DNA of 64,000 nt from Rhodospirillales bacterium (GTDB taxonomy: Bacteria > Pseudomonadota > Alphaproteobacteria > Kiloniellales > JACOMY01): NCBI GenBank assembly GCA_038363005.1, contig JBBQBI010000009.1:2376-66375 (forward strand). The letters are read 5' to 3'. The position numbers and the translations under genes were made by a program. Below the pieces are notes generated by a model, which was not told the origin of the DNA, ran no database searches, and saw nothing but the letters and a program-made list of their open reading frames with translations. This document shows, one piece after another, positions 31,849-40,720 of this stretch. Positions within the stretch are counted from its first letter, which is position 1. The number at the start of each line of letters is the position of its first letter.

Positions 31849-33039
31849 TCAGGCGAAGCGTGCCAGTTGGAAGGGCGCCGGGTCGAAGGCCGGCTGCCCG
31901 CCGGTCAACCGCGCGGCGACGATCTGCCCGCTCATCGCGCCGATCAGGTTGCCGAAGGCGTGGCCGATGTTGAGCACCAGGCCCTCGGGCCCCGGCGCCA
32001 GGTCGAGGATCGGCAGGTAGTCCGGCGCTTGCGCCACCACGCCGGCCCACTGGCGCTCCACTGCCAGCGTCGCCGTGCCTGGCAAGTCGCGCGGCAGCGT
32101 CGCCAACGCCGGCGCCTGACCGGCTGGCGTGGCCTCGGCCTCCGTCTGGCCGCTCTCGCAGGCACAGCCGAACTGGATCCGCCCATCGGGATACTGCGCA
32201 ACCTGGTGGGTGTAGGTCACGCCGGGCGCCAGGGCGATCGCCGGATCGGTGAAATTGGCCTTGTCGAAGCCGGGCAACGCCGCCAGCAGCGGCAGGTGCA
32301 GGAAGAGCGAGGGCCCGCTGAGCAGCGCGCCCAGGCGGAAGTCCGCCGGCGCGGTCTCCGCCGCCTGGTAGCGCGTCGCCGTCAGCGGCGGCGCCAGGCC
32401 AAGCGGCGCCAGCAGGCGGCGGGCGTCCAGGCCGTTGGCCAGCACCACCGTGCCGGCGGTCAGCACCGTGCCGTCGTCCAGCTGCACGCCGCGGCAGCGA
32501 CTCTCCAGCATCACCAGCGATTCGACTCGTGCCTGGGTCTGCAGCATGGCGCCGGCGGCCGCGGCGGCCTCGACCAGGCGGCGCACCAGCAGGCGGGTGT
32601 CCTGATGCGCCTCCTCCGCCGACCAGAGGGCCCCGGCGATGGCCGGGTCCAGCGCTGGCTCGCGGGCCAGAGCGGCGTCGCGCGGCAGCAGCTCCACCGT
32701 CAGGCCATCGGACCGGCGCTGCGCCGCGAAGGCCTCGAGCAGCGGCAGGGCGCGCGGATCGCGCACGAAGGCCAGCATGCCGGTGGGGCGGTAGCCGAAG
32801 TCGCCGATGGCGTCGCCCAGTTCGGCCTGGAAGGCGCGGCCGGCCAGCGACACCTGCAGCGGCAGGCCCTTGGCCTTGCCCAGCAGGAACAGGAAGCCGG
32901 GGTTGCGCCCCGAGGCGCCGAAGGCCGGCTGCACCGCCTCGACCAGGCGCACTTGCACGCCGGCCCGCGCCAGGAAACAGGCGGTAGCGGCGCCAGCCAC
33001 GCCGGCCCCAACGACCACGACATCGCTGCGCTGGGTCAA
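31849..33039 (-). CDS. FAD-dependent oxidoreductase (DAO family)
   Basis: The N-terminal dinucleotide fold reads DVVVVGAGVAGAATACFLARAG. Confidence 0.85.
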   Translation of the reverse strand: MTQRSDVVVVGAGVAGAATACFLARAGVQVRLVEAVQPAFGASGRNPGFLFLLGKAKGLPLQVSLAGRAFQAELGDAIGDFGYRPTGMLAFVRDPRALPLLEAFAAQRRSDGLTVELLPRDAALAREPALDPAIAGALWSAEEAHQDTRLLVRRLVEAAAAAGAMLQTQARVESLVMLESRCRGVQLDDGTVLTAGTVVLANGLDARRLLAPLGLAPPLTATRYQAAETAPADFRLGALLSGPSLFLHLPLLAALPGFDKANFTDPAIALAPGVTYTHQVAQYPDGRIQFGCACESGQTEAEATPAGQAPALATLPRDLPGTATLAVERQWAGVVAQAPDYLPILDLAPGPEGLVLNIGHAFGNLIGAMSGQIVAARLTGGQPAFDPAPFQLARFA

Positions 33040-33049
33040 GGGAGCCTTC

Positions 33050-34225
33050 CTAGAAGTGCAGCGGGCCCTCGACCAAGCGATCGAGCAGGCGGGCGAGGAA
33101 ACGCTCGCCGGCGTCGAGCTGGCTGAGGTCGATCCACTCGTCGGGCTTGTGCGCCTGGGCGATGGCGCCCGGCCCGCAGACCACCGAGGCGACGCCGGCG
33201 GTCAGGTGGAAGTGCCCGGCCTCGGTGCCGAAGGCGACCTTGGCGTGGTCGTTGCGACCCACCAGGCTCTTCACGAAGGTCACCGCCGGATGCTCCGGCG
33301 CCATGTCGAGCCCGGGATAGACATAAAGCGGCTCGAAGCGGATGCCGGATTCCGGCGCCACCTTGTGCATCGCCGGCTCCAGCGTGTCGCGCACATAACC
33401 TTCGATGCGCCGCATCAGCCCCTCGGCGTCGAGCGAGGCCAGGTGGCGGAATTCGAAGACGAACTCGCAGTGCTCCGGCACGATGTTGATCGCCGCGCCG
33501 CCCTTGATCAGCCCGACCGACAGCGTCGAGTGCGCCACGTCGAACTCGCCGTCGAAGGGGCCCTGCTCGCGCCATTCGCGGGCGATGCCCTTGAGGTACT
33601 GGATCAGGTCGGCCGCCACTTCGATGGCGTTGACGCCGATCGGTGTCAGCGAGGAGTGCGCCGCGCGGCCAGTGATGGTGACGCGATAGCTGCGGCCGCC
33701 CTTGTGGGCGACGATGGGTTGCATCAGCGTCGGCTCGCCGACCACGCAGAGCGCCGGCTTGACCGCCAGGGTGGCCAGCTTCTCCACCAGGCTGCGCACG
33801 CCCAGGCAGCCGATTTCCTCGTCGTAGCTGAAGGCCAGGTGGAAGGGCGCCTTGAGGTCGCGCCGCAGCATCTCCGGCACCATGGCCAGGCTGAGCGCCA
33901 CGAAGCCCTTCATGTCGGCGACGCCGCGGCCATAGAGCTTGCCGTCGCCCGGCGCACGCACGGTGAAGGGGTCGCTGGTCCAGGTCTGGCCATCGACCGG
34001 CACCACGTCGGTGTGACCCGACAGGATCACGCCGCGCTGGTCGGCCGGGCCGATGGTGGCCCAGAGGTTGCCGCGGTCGCCCTCCGGCGCCCAGAGGATC
34101 TCGCTGGCGATGCCGAGGTCCTTCAGATAGCGCTCGATGTAGAGGATGAGCTCGCGGTTGCCGTCGCGGGTGACGGTCGGGAAGTGGACGAGATCGTTGA
34201 GCAGCTTGGCGGCGGTGTCTTGCAT
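33050..34225 (-). CDS. argE: M20-family deacylase (acetylornithine deacetylase ArgE-like)
   Basis: Motifs are [22 protein letters not shown] and [12 protein letters not shown]. Confidence 0.8.
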   Translation of the reverse strand: MQDTAAKLLNDLVHFPTVTRDGNRELILYIERYLKDLGIASEILWAPEGDRGNLWATIGPADQRGVILSGHTDVVPVDGQTWTSDPFTVRAPGDGKLYGRGVADMKGFVALSLAMVPEMLRRDLKAPFHLAFSYDEEIGCLGVRSLVEKLATLAVKPALCVVGEPTLMQPIVAHKGGRSYRVTITGRAAHSSLTPIGVNAIEVAADLIQYLKGIAREWREQGPFDGEFDVAHSTLSVGLIKGGAAINIVPEHCEFVFEFRHLASLDAEGLMRRIEGYVRDTLEPAMHKVAPESGIRFEPLYVYPGLDMAPEHPAVTFVKSLVGRNDHAKVAFGTEAGHFHLTAGVASVVCGPGAIAQAHKPDEWIDLSQLDAGERFLARLLDRLVEGPLHF

Positions 34226-34234
34226 GGCGTCAGA

Positions 34235-34621
34235 CTAGCCTACTGTCCGAAAGACCGGCAGGGGGGGCAGCGGATCGCGCCGGCGCCAGTCCAGGACCAC
34301 CGCCTGGCCGATGCGCGCGCCCTCGCTGGCGATGTTGGTCAGCAGGCGCGGCCCCTCGGCCAGTTCGACGATCGCCACCTGGTAGGGCGGCGGCAGCTCG
34401 GGCTGTACCTGCACCCGCACCGTGGTGATGGAATAGATCGTGCCCTTGCCGCTGACCTCGGCCCAGTCGAGGTCGCGCGACTCGCAGGCCAGGCAGAAGG
34501 GGCGTGGATAGAACTGGTGATGCCCGCAAGCGCCGCAGCGCTGCACGATCAGCCGGCCCTCGCGGCAGGCGTTCCAGAAGGCCTCGGTGGTCGGATCGCC
34601 GACGGAGATGTTCTCGCTCAT
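34235..34621 (-). CDS. Zn-ribbon/OB-fold protein (DUF35 family)
   Basis: The Cys4 ribbon is QRCGACGHHQFYPRPFCLAC, followed by an OB-fold segment. Only the C-terminal 128 codons of listed ORF 34235..34735 are used. Confidence 0.85.
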   Translation of the reverse strand: MSENISVGDPTTEAFWNACREGRLIVQRCGACGHHQFYPRPFCLACESRDLDWAEVSGKGTIYSITTVRVQVQPELPPPYQVAIVELAEGPRLLTNIASEGARIGQAVVLDWRRRDPLPPLPVFRTVG

Positions 34622-34625
34622 GGGT

Positions 34626-35786
34626 TCAGTCCCGCGCCAGGATGATGGTGGAGGCGGTGGAGAAGGCCAGGCCGCCGGTGCCGTGCGCGATGCCGATCTT
34701 GGCATCCGGCACCTGGCGCTCGCCAGCCTCGCCACGCAACTGCCGCACCGCTTCGATCAGCAGCAGGATGCCCAGCGCGCCGGGGTGGTTGTAGGACAGC
34801 CCGCCGCCCGAGGTCATCGAGGGCAGCTTGCCGCCGGGCAGCAGGTGCCCCTCGGCGACGAAGGCACCGCCATCGCCCTTCTTGCAGAATCCGAGATCCT
34901 CCAGATAGAGGATCACCGCGTGGGTGAAGTTGTCGTAGGGCTGGAAGACGTCGACATCGTCCGGCGTGATACCGGCCATGGCAAAGGCGGCGCGGCCCGA
35001 GGCGGCGCCCGGCGTCACCGTCAGGTCGGGACACTGCGCCACCTGCCACTGGCACTGGCTCTCGCCGGCGCCGATCACCCGGATCGCCTGCTTCTTCGCG
35101 TCCCTGGCGCGCGCCGCGCTAGTCACGATCACCGCGCCACCACCGTCGGTCACCAGGCAGCAGTCGGCCTTGCGCAGCGGATCGCAGATCAGTGGCGAGG
35201 CCATGACCTCGTCCAGGGTCAGCGGATCGCGCGACCAGGCCTTGGGGTTCTTCTGCGCCCAGGCGCGCGCCGCCAGCGCGACATGCGCCAGATGCTCGGG
35301 CGTGGTGCCGTACTGGTGCATGTGGCGCGCGGCGGAAAGCGCGTAGTGGCCGATCGGGAAGTGGATGCCGAAGGGCGCCTCGAACTGCGCCGGCAGCGAC
35401 TGGTCCTCGGCCGAAACCGCGCGCTTGCGGCCCTTGCGGCTGCGCTGGCGCGAGGCATAGCCGATCAGCGCCGTCTCGCAGCGCCCGGTGGCGATGGCCA
35501 GCAGGGCGTGGTGCACGAAGTATTCGAAGGACGCGCCGCCATGATCGGACGATTCGGCGAAACGCGGCTGGATGCCGAGGTACTCGCTGAGCTGGACCGA
35601 GCCTTCCTCGCCCATGTAGTTGGTGAAGATGGCGTCGACGTCCTTGAAGCGCATGCCGGCTTCGTCCAACGCCTCCTGCGCGGCCACCGCCACCATGGAG
35701 AACTCGCTGTGATCAGGGACCTTGCCCAGCGGCGTCTCGGCGACGCCGGCAATATAGACATTCGGCAGGCGCATCAGGTCGCTCAC
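34626..35786 (-). CDS. thiolase-fold protein (SCP-x/Ltp type) lacking the canonical catalytic cysteines
   Basis: It has a thiolase-like N-terminus (VYIAGVAETPLGK) and C-terminus (IAHGTGGLAF). The usual nucleophile position reads SSDHGGASFE, with no Cys, by eye alignment. Confidence 0.8.
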   Translation of the reverse strand: MSDLMRLPNVYIAGVAETPLGKVPDHSEFSMVAVAAQEALDEAGMRFKDVDAIFTNYMGEEGSVQLSEYLGIQPRFAESSDHGGASFEYFVHHALLAIATGRCETALIGYASRQRSRKGRKRAVSAEDQSLPAQFEAPFGIHFPIGHYALSAARHMHQYGTTPEHLAHVALAARAWAQKNPKAWSRDPLTLDEVMASPLICDPLRKADCCLVTDGGGAVIVTSAARARDAKKQAIRVIGAGESQCQWQVAQCPDLTVTPGAASGRAAFAMAGITPDDVDVFQPYDNFTHAVILYLEDLGFCKKGDGGAFVAEGHLLPGGKLPSMTSGGGLSYNHPGALGILLLIEAVRQLRGEAGERQVPDAKIGIAHGTGGLAFSTASTIILARD

Positions 35787-35846
35787 GCTTCAAGGGCCTC
35801 CCGCCCGCGACCGCGCGGACCGGTTGGCCGGCCCTGCGGTTTATGC

Positions 35847-35867
35847 TATAGTGAACCTGTACAGTAT
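35847..35867. promoter_or_regulatory. AT-rich imperfect palindrome TATAGTGAACCTGTACAGTAT in a divergent promoter region; possible -10 (TATAGT) with TTGGCC 17 nt upstream
   Basis: This is the only AT-rich patch in the 182-nt intergenic region. The spacing TTGGCC (35824-35829)-N17-TATAGT (35847-35852) was read directly. The first 14 nt recur at 48750. Confidence 0.3.
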
Positions 35868-35968
35868 TACAAAACATCCCGCTGTCCAGCCCCAAGCCGG
35901 CCCGAATCCTGGTCCGCTTGGGGCTGGCCCCCCGATGAAGGCTATGGCATCAAGGCCTGCAACCCCCG

Positions 35969-36742
35969 GTGAGCGGAGTCATGAGGCAAGCGATTCGCCG
36001 CGTCAAAGCGCCCAAGCGCACCCCAGCCGATACCGCGCCCAGCGGCAAGTCCGCGCCGTCTCCCAAGCTTGCCAAGCTCAGCCTGGTACATGGCGACCCG
36101 GTGCCAACCACGCGCCGCACGCGCTCGCGCCTGCCGCCGCCGATCGGCGGCCGCCTGCGCGAGGTGCGCCAGCGCCAGGACCTGACGCTGGGTCAGGTCG
36201 AGGCGCTCTGCGGCATCTCCAAGTCCATGCTGTCGCAGATCGAGCGCGGCAAGGTGAACCCGACCTTCGCCACGCTGTGGCACATCACCCGCTCGCTCGG
36301 CGTCGGCATCGGCGAGCTGCTGGGCGAGGTGCGCTCGGCACCCGAGGCGGTGCGCAGCTACGAGCACATCAAGGTGCTCTCCACCCCCACCATCACCGCC
36401 GCCGATGGTCTCTGCACCACGCGTATCCTGTCGCCCCGGCGCTATGCCCTGCCTTTCGAGTGGTACGAGATCGTGCTGAAGCCGGGCGGCCAGCTGATGG
36501 CGCACGCGCACGGCAACGGCGAGTGGGAACACAGCACCGTGGTGCAGGGCAGCGTCACCCAGGTGATCGGCGGCGACGAGGTCGAGCTGGCGGAAGGCGA
36601 GACCATCCGCTACGCCGCCGACCAGCCGCACGGCCTGCGCAACGACAGCGGGGCCGACTGCAAGGTGCTGCTGGTGGTCATTCCGATGAAGGACCTGGAG
36701 CGACACAACATTCCGCACGGCCCGCTCGAGAGCGAGGACTGA
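35969..36742 (+). CDS. XRE-family HTH regulator with a C-terminal cupin domain; start uncertain (35969 GTG or 35981 ATG)
   Basis: The HTH region reads IGGRLREVRQRQDLTLGQVEALCGISKSMLSQIERGKVNPT. The cupin-like region reads HAHGNGEWEHSTVVQG..IRYAADQPHGLRN. Confidence 0.85.
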   Translation: MSGVMRQAIRRVKAPKRTPADTAPSGKSAPSPKLAKLSLVHGDPVPTTRRTRSRLPPPIGGRLREVRQRQDLTLGQVEALCGISKSMLSQIERGKVNPTFATLWHITRSLGVGIGELLGEVRSAPEAVRSYEHIKVLSTPTITAADGLCTTRILSPRRYALPFEWYEIVLKPGGQLMAHAHGNGEWEHSTVVQGSVTQVIGGDEVELAEGETIRYAADQPHGLRNDSGADCKVLLVVIPMKDLERHNIPHGPLESED

Positions 36743-36783
36743 GCGCCGCGCGGCGCTGCCCTTCTCGGCCTTCCATTCAGTTC

Positions 36784-36855
36784 GTCATCGCCGGGCTTGA
36801 CCCAGCGATCCAGCCGACAAGAAACCTGGATGCCCGGGTCAAGCCCGGGCATGAC
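36784..36855. repeat. palindromic MITE/REP-like element with 20-nt terminal inverted repeats
   Basis: GTCATCGCCGGGCTTGACCC (36784-36803) matches the reverse complement of GGGTCAAGCCCGGGCATGAC (36836-36855) at 18 of 20 positions. It lies between convergent genes. Confidence 0.7.
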
Positions 36856-36879
36856 GAGGTTGAAAAGGCGGCGCTCCCC

Positions 36880-37638
36880 TCAATGCACGTAGCTGGCGCC
36901 GTTGATGTGCACCGTCGTGCCGGTGGCGTGCTTGGCGTGGCCCGAGGCCAGGAAGATCACCGTGCGGGCGACGTCGATGGGTTCCGCCACCTCGCCCAGC
37001 GGGATGGTCTCGGCAGCGCCCGCCACGCCGTACTGATCGAAGAAGCCCTTGTTGAGCTGCGTGTTGACGAAGCCCGGCGCCACCGCGAAGCAGGTGATGC
37101 CCTGCTTGCCATAGCCGCGCGCGATGGTGCGCGTCATGGCCACCACGCCACCCTTGGCAGCGGCATAGTGCATGAAGTCGGGATCGTCGCCGCGGAAGCC
37201 GGCGCGGCTGGCAATGTTGACGATGATGCCACCACCCTGCGGCACAAAGCTGTTGATTGCCTCGCGGCACAGGTGCCCGGGCGCCACCAGGCAGATCTCC
37301 AGCGTGCGATGCCAGGCCGCCGACCACTTGGCGAAGTCGTAGGACACATCGGCCGGCTCGTAGATGCCGGCGTTGTTGACCAGCACGTCGAGGCGACCCT
37401 GGAACGCCAGCGCCTCCTGCCACAGTCTGGGCACGCTGGTGCCGTCGGCCAGATCGGCGGCGACGAAACGCACCTTGTCGGCGCCCAGCTCCTTGGCCAG
37501 CTTCTCCCCGGCGCCGCCGGCGCGCACGTCGTGCAGCACCACCTTGCCGCCCAGCTCCACCGCCAGCTTGACGCAGGCGGCGCCGATGCCGCCGCCGCCG
37601 CCGGTCACCAGCAGCGTCTTGCCAGTCATGTCGATCAT
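36880..37638 (-). CDS. short-chain dehydrogenase/reductase
   Basis: The cofactor motif is TLLVTGGGGGIGAA and the active-site region is YAAAKGG. An AGGAG RBS is present. Confidence 0.9.
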   Translation of the reverse strand: MIDMTGKTLLVTGGGGGIGAACVKLAVELGGKVVLHDVRAGGAGEKLAKELGADKVRFVAADLADGTSVPRLWQEALAFQGRLDVLVNNAGIYEPADVSYDFAKWSAAWHRTLEICLVAPGHLCREAINSFVPQGGGIIVNIASRAGFRGDDPDFMHYAAAKGGVVAMTRTIARGYGKQGITCFAVAPGFVNTQLNKGFFDQYGVAGAAETIPLGEVAEPIDVARTVIFLASGHAKHATGTTVHINGASYVH

Positions 37639-37679
37639 CGCTTCTCTCCTTCGTTGAACCGAGCCCCCTGGAGGCCCTG

Positions 37680-39107
37680 ATGCGCAGTCTCGATCTTTTC
37701 ATCGCCGGCGAATGGCGGCAGGGCGGCGGTCAGCCGCGCCCAGTGTTGAATCCGGCGACCGAGCAGCCCATCGCGCAGCTGGCCAGCGCCGATGCCGGTG
37801 ACCTGGACGCCGCGTTGGCCGCCGCGGCGGCGGCCCTGCCGGGCTGGCGCGCCACCCCGGCACTGCTGCGCGGCGAGGTGCTGAACCGGGCAGCGGCGCT
37901 GCTGCGCGACCGCGTGCCGGCGTTGGCGCGAGCGATGACCGAGGAGAACGGCAAGACCCTTGCCGAGTCGAGCGGCGAGATCGGCCGCGCCATCGAGACA
38001 CTCGTCTGGTGCGGCGAGGAAGCCGGCCGCATCGAGGGCCGCATCATCGCCGGCCGCGCGCCCGGGCAGCGCCGTTTCCTGGTGCCGCAGCCGGTCGGCG
38101 TGGTCGCCGCCTTCACCGCCTGGAACTTCCCTGCCGTGTTGGTGGCGCGCAAGCTGGGCGCGGCGCTGGCCGCTGGCTGCAGCGTCATCCTCAAGGCGGC
38201 CGAGGAGGCGCCCTCGGTCGCCATCGGCATCGTCACGGCACTGGCCGAGGCTGGACTGCCGCCCGGTACCGTCAACCTGGTGTTCGGCGACCCGCCAGCG
38301 ATCTCGCGCCACCTGCTGGCCAGCCCTATCGTGCGCAAGCTGACCTTCACCGGCTCCACCGCCGTGGGCAAGGAGCTGGCCGCCCTGGCGGCGGCCGACT
38401 TGAAGCGCTGCACCTTCGAACTCGGTGGCCACGCTCCGGTGATCGTCGCCGCCGACGCCGACCTGGAACTGGCGCTCAGCGCCACGCTGGCCGGCAAGTT
38501 CGGCACCGCCGGGCAGTCCTGCGTGGCCCCCAGCCGCTTCTATGTCGACCAGGCGCTCTATCCCACCTTCGTGCGCCGCTTCGCCGAGGCCGCGGCGGCC
38601 ATCGTGGTCGGCGAGGGCAGCGAGCAGGGCGTGAAGATGGGACCGCTGGCCAATCCGCGTCGCCTCGCCGCCATGCAGCGCCTGACGGCCGACGCCGTGG
38701 CCGCCGGCGCCCGCCTGGTCACTGGCGGCCAGCGCCTGGAGCGGCCCGGCTGGTTCTTCCCGCCCACCGTGCTGGGCGAAGTGCCGGAGAGCGCGGCGGT
38801 GATGAACGAAGAGCCCTTCGGCCCGATCGCTGCCATGGCGCCGGTGGCCGACCTGGACGAGGCCTATGCGCGGGCCAACCGCTTGCCCTATGGCTTCGCC
38901 GCCTATCTCTTCACCGGCTCGCTGAAGACCGCGGCCGAGGCGGCGGAACGCTTCCAGGCCGGCAACATCGGCGTCAACCAGATGGCGCCCTCGTTGCCCG
39001 ACGCGCCGGTCGGCGGCCTGGGCGACAGCGGCTATGGCTACGAGGGCGGACGCGAGGGGATGGCGGAGTTCCTGCACTGGCGTCTCGTCAATCAGGCCGC
39101 GGTCTAG
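37680..39107 (+). CDS. NAD(P)-dependent aldehyde dehydrogenase
   Basis: Motifs are FTAWNFP, FTGSTAVGK, ELGGHAP, GQSCVAPSR and EEPFGP. Confidence 0.9.
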   Translation: MRSLDLFIAGEWRQGGGQPRPVLNPATEQPIAQLASADAGDLDAALAAAAAALPGWRATPALLRGEVLNRAAALLRDRVPALARAMTEENGKTLAESSGEIGRAIETLVWCGEEAGRIEGRIIAGRAPGQRRFLVPQPVGVVAAFTAWNFPAVLVARKLGAALAAGCSVILKAAEEAPSVAIGIVTALAEAGLPPGTVNLVFGDPPAISRHLLASPIVRKLTFTGSTAVGKELAALAAADLKRCTFELGGHAPVIVAADADLELALSATLAGKFGTAGQSCVAPSRFYVDQALYPTFVRRFAEAAAAIVVGEGSEQGVKMGPLANPRRLAAMQRLTADAVAAGARLVTGGQRLERPGWFFPPTVLGEVPESAAVMNEEPFGPIAAMAPVADLDEAYARANRLPYGFAAYLFTGSLKTAAEAAERFQAGNIGVNQMAPSLPDAPVGGLGDSGYGYEGGREGMAEFLHWRLVNQAAV

Positions 39108-39499
39108 GCCGCGACCTCGGCCGTGCCGGTGACCACCGGCTGGCCGTCCTGCCGGGTCAGGGCCAGCTCCAGCACCAGGCGGCGGGCGCCGTCGGGTGCC
39201 ACCGTCTCGCCAGTGACCTGGCCGGTGGCGGTCAGGATATCGCCGGGAAACACCCTGTCGCGGAAGCGCACCTTGTAGCGCCGCACCGACCCGGCACCGA
39301 ACCAGCGGGTGACGAAGGAGGCCAGCAGGCCGGCCGACAGCATGCCATGTGCCATGACGCCCGGCAGGCCGGCGGCCCTCGCGTAGGCCTCGTCATGGTG
39401 CAGCGGGTTGAAGTCGCCTGAGGCGCCGGCATAGCGCACCAGGTCGGTGACGCTGAGCGGCCCGTAGGAGAAGGAGGGCGGTGCCGGGTAGGCGGCCAT
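39104..39499 (-). CDS. MaoC-like (R)-hydratase hot-dog subunit
   Basis: It carries the hydratase motif YAGASGDFNPLHHDEAYA. Confidence 0.85.
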   Translation of the reverse strand: MAAYPAPPSFSYGPLSVTDLVRYAGASGDFNPLHHDEAYARAAGLPGVMAHGMLSAGLLASFVTRWFGAGSVRRYKVRFRDRVFPGDILTATGQVTGETVAPDGARRLVLELALTRQDGQPVVTGTAEVAA

Positions 39500-39500
39500 C

Positions 39501-39902
39501 TCAGCCCTCCAGCCCCTGGGTCTCGACCGAGGTCGAGCGTTCCCAGCCGACGATCACGCCGCTGGCTTCCTCGGCCATCTCGATCTCCACCACGATCAGG
39601 CGCATGGCGCCACCGCGCCGGCCCTGCTTCACGGTGTCGGAGAGGATACGGGCGCGGCAGCGCAGGCGGTCGCCGACCCGCAGCGGGCGCAGATACTCGT
39701 ACTCCTGTTCGCCGTGCACTGTGCGACTGCGGTCGACCGGCAGGATCTCCTTCACCAGGCGCTCGATGAAAGCGGCGTTCAGCACCACGGGGAAGGTCGG
39801 TGCCGGGACCGCCGGGTGATCGTCCTGCACGGCGCGGGCGAAGTCGGCGACCTTCCAGGCCTCGACCGCGACACTCCATTCGGCGAGCAGTTGGTCGCTC
39901 AT
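39501..39902 (-). CDS. MaoC N-terminal-type hot-dog subunit (partner of 39104..39499)
   Basis: It has hot-dog-fold size and pattern (TVHGEQEYEYLRPLRVGD). It sits 1 nt from the partner gene and overlaps the upstream permease by 4 nt. Confidence 0.7.
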   Translation of the reverse strand: MSDQLLAEWSVAVEAWKVADFARAVQDDHPAVPAPTFPVVLNAAFIERLVKEILPVDRSRTVHGEQEYEYLRPLRVGDRLRCRARILSDTVKQGRRGGAMRLIVVEIEMAEEASGVIVGWERSTSVETQGLEG

Positions 39903-40720
39903 GTCGCGCGCTTCTGCTGCAGCAGGCCGCCGCGCCGCATCACCAGCGCGGCGGTGCCGGCGACCAGCAGGCTGAACAGGATCAGCACGCCGGCGACCGC
40001 GGTGATGGTCGGATTGATCTGCAGGGTCAGCTCGTTGAACATCTTCTTCGGGATGGTGAAGTGGGTGCCGGCCAGGAACAGCGTCACCACCACCTCGTCG
40101 AAGGAGATGACGAAGGCGAAGAGCCAGGCGGCAAAGCAGCTGGGTCCCAGGTTGGGCAGCAGCACCTTGCGCAACATGGTCAGGCGCGTCGCGCCGAGGG
40201 TCATGGCCACCAGTTCGATGCGCTGGTCGAAGGACTTGATGGCCACCGTCATCAGCATCAGCACATAGGGCACCACCAGTATCGTGTGGGCCAGGATCAG
40301 GCCGGCGAAGCTGCCAAGGATGTTGAGCTTGGCGCAGAAGAAGAACATGGCGATGGCGGTGATGATCGAGGGCACCACCATCGGCGCGACGAAGTTCGAT
40401 TCCATGGTCTTGCGACCGATCACGCCGCCGCGCACCAGGGCATAGGCCGCCAGGGTGCCGAGGATCAGCGCCGCGGTGGAGGCCGCCGCCGCCAGCAGGA
40501 TGGAATTGAGACCGGCATCGATCCAGGCGCTGTCGCCGAACAGGCTGTCGTACCAGCGCAGCGACAGGCCCGGCGGCGGGAACTCCAGCGACTTGGCGCT
40601 GGAGAAGGACATCGGGATGACGATGAGGATCGGCAGGCAGAGGAAGGCCAGCACGGAGACCGACAGCGTGGTCAGCCAGAGCGTGCGCGGTGCCGCCGCC
40701 GGATCCCGGCGCGGCTTCAT
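39899..40720 (-). CDS. Pot-type ABC permease (PotC-like)
   Basis: It is multi-TM and carries the EAA-like loop AMTLGATRLTMLRKVLLP. It shares an ATGA overlap with the upstream permease. Only the last 273 codons of listed ORF 39899..41293 are used. Confidence 0.9.
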   Translation of the reverse strand: MKPRRDPAAAPRTLWLTTLSVSVLAFLCLPILIVIPMSFSSAKSLEFPPPGLSLRWYDSLFGDSAWIDAGLNSILLAAAASTAALILGTLAAYALVRGGVIGRKTMESNFVAPMVVPSIITAIAMFFFCAKLNILGSFAGLILAHTILVVPYVLMLMTVAIKSFDQRIELVAMTLGATRLTMLRKVLLPNLGPSCFAAWLFAFVISFDEVVVTLFLAGTHFTIPKKMFNELTLQINPTITAVAGVLILFSLLVAGTAALVMRRGGLLQQKRAT

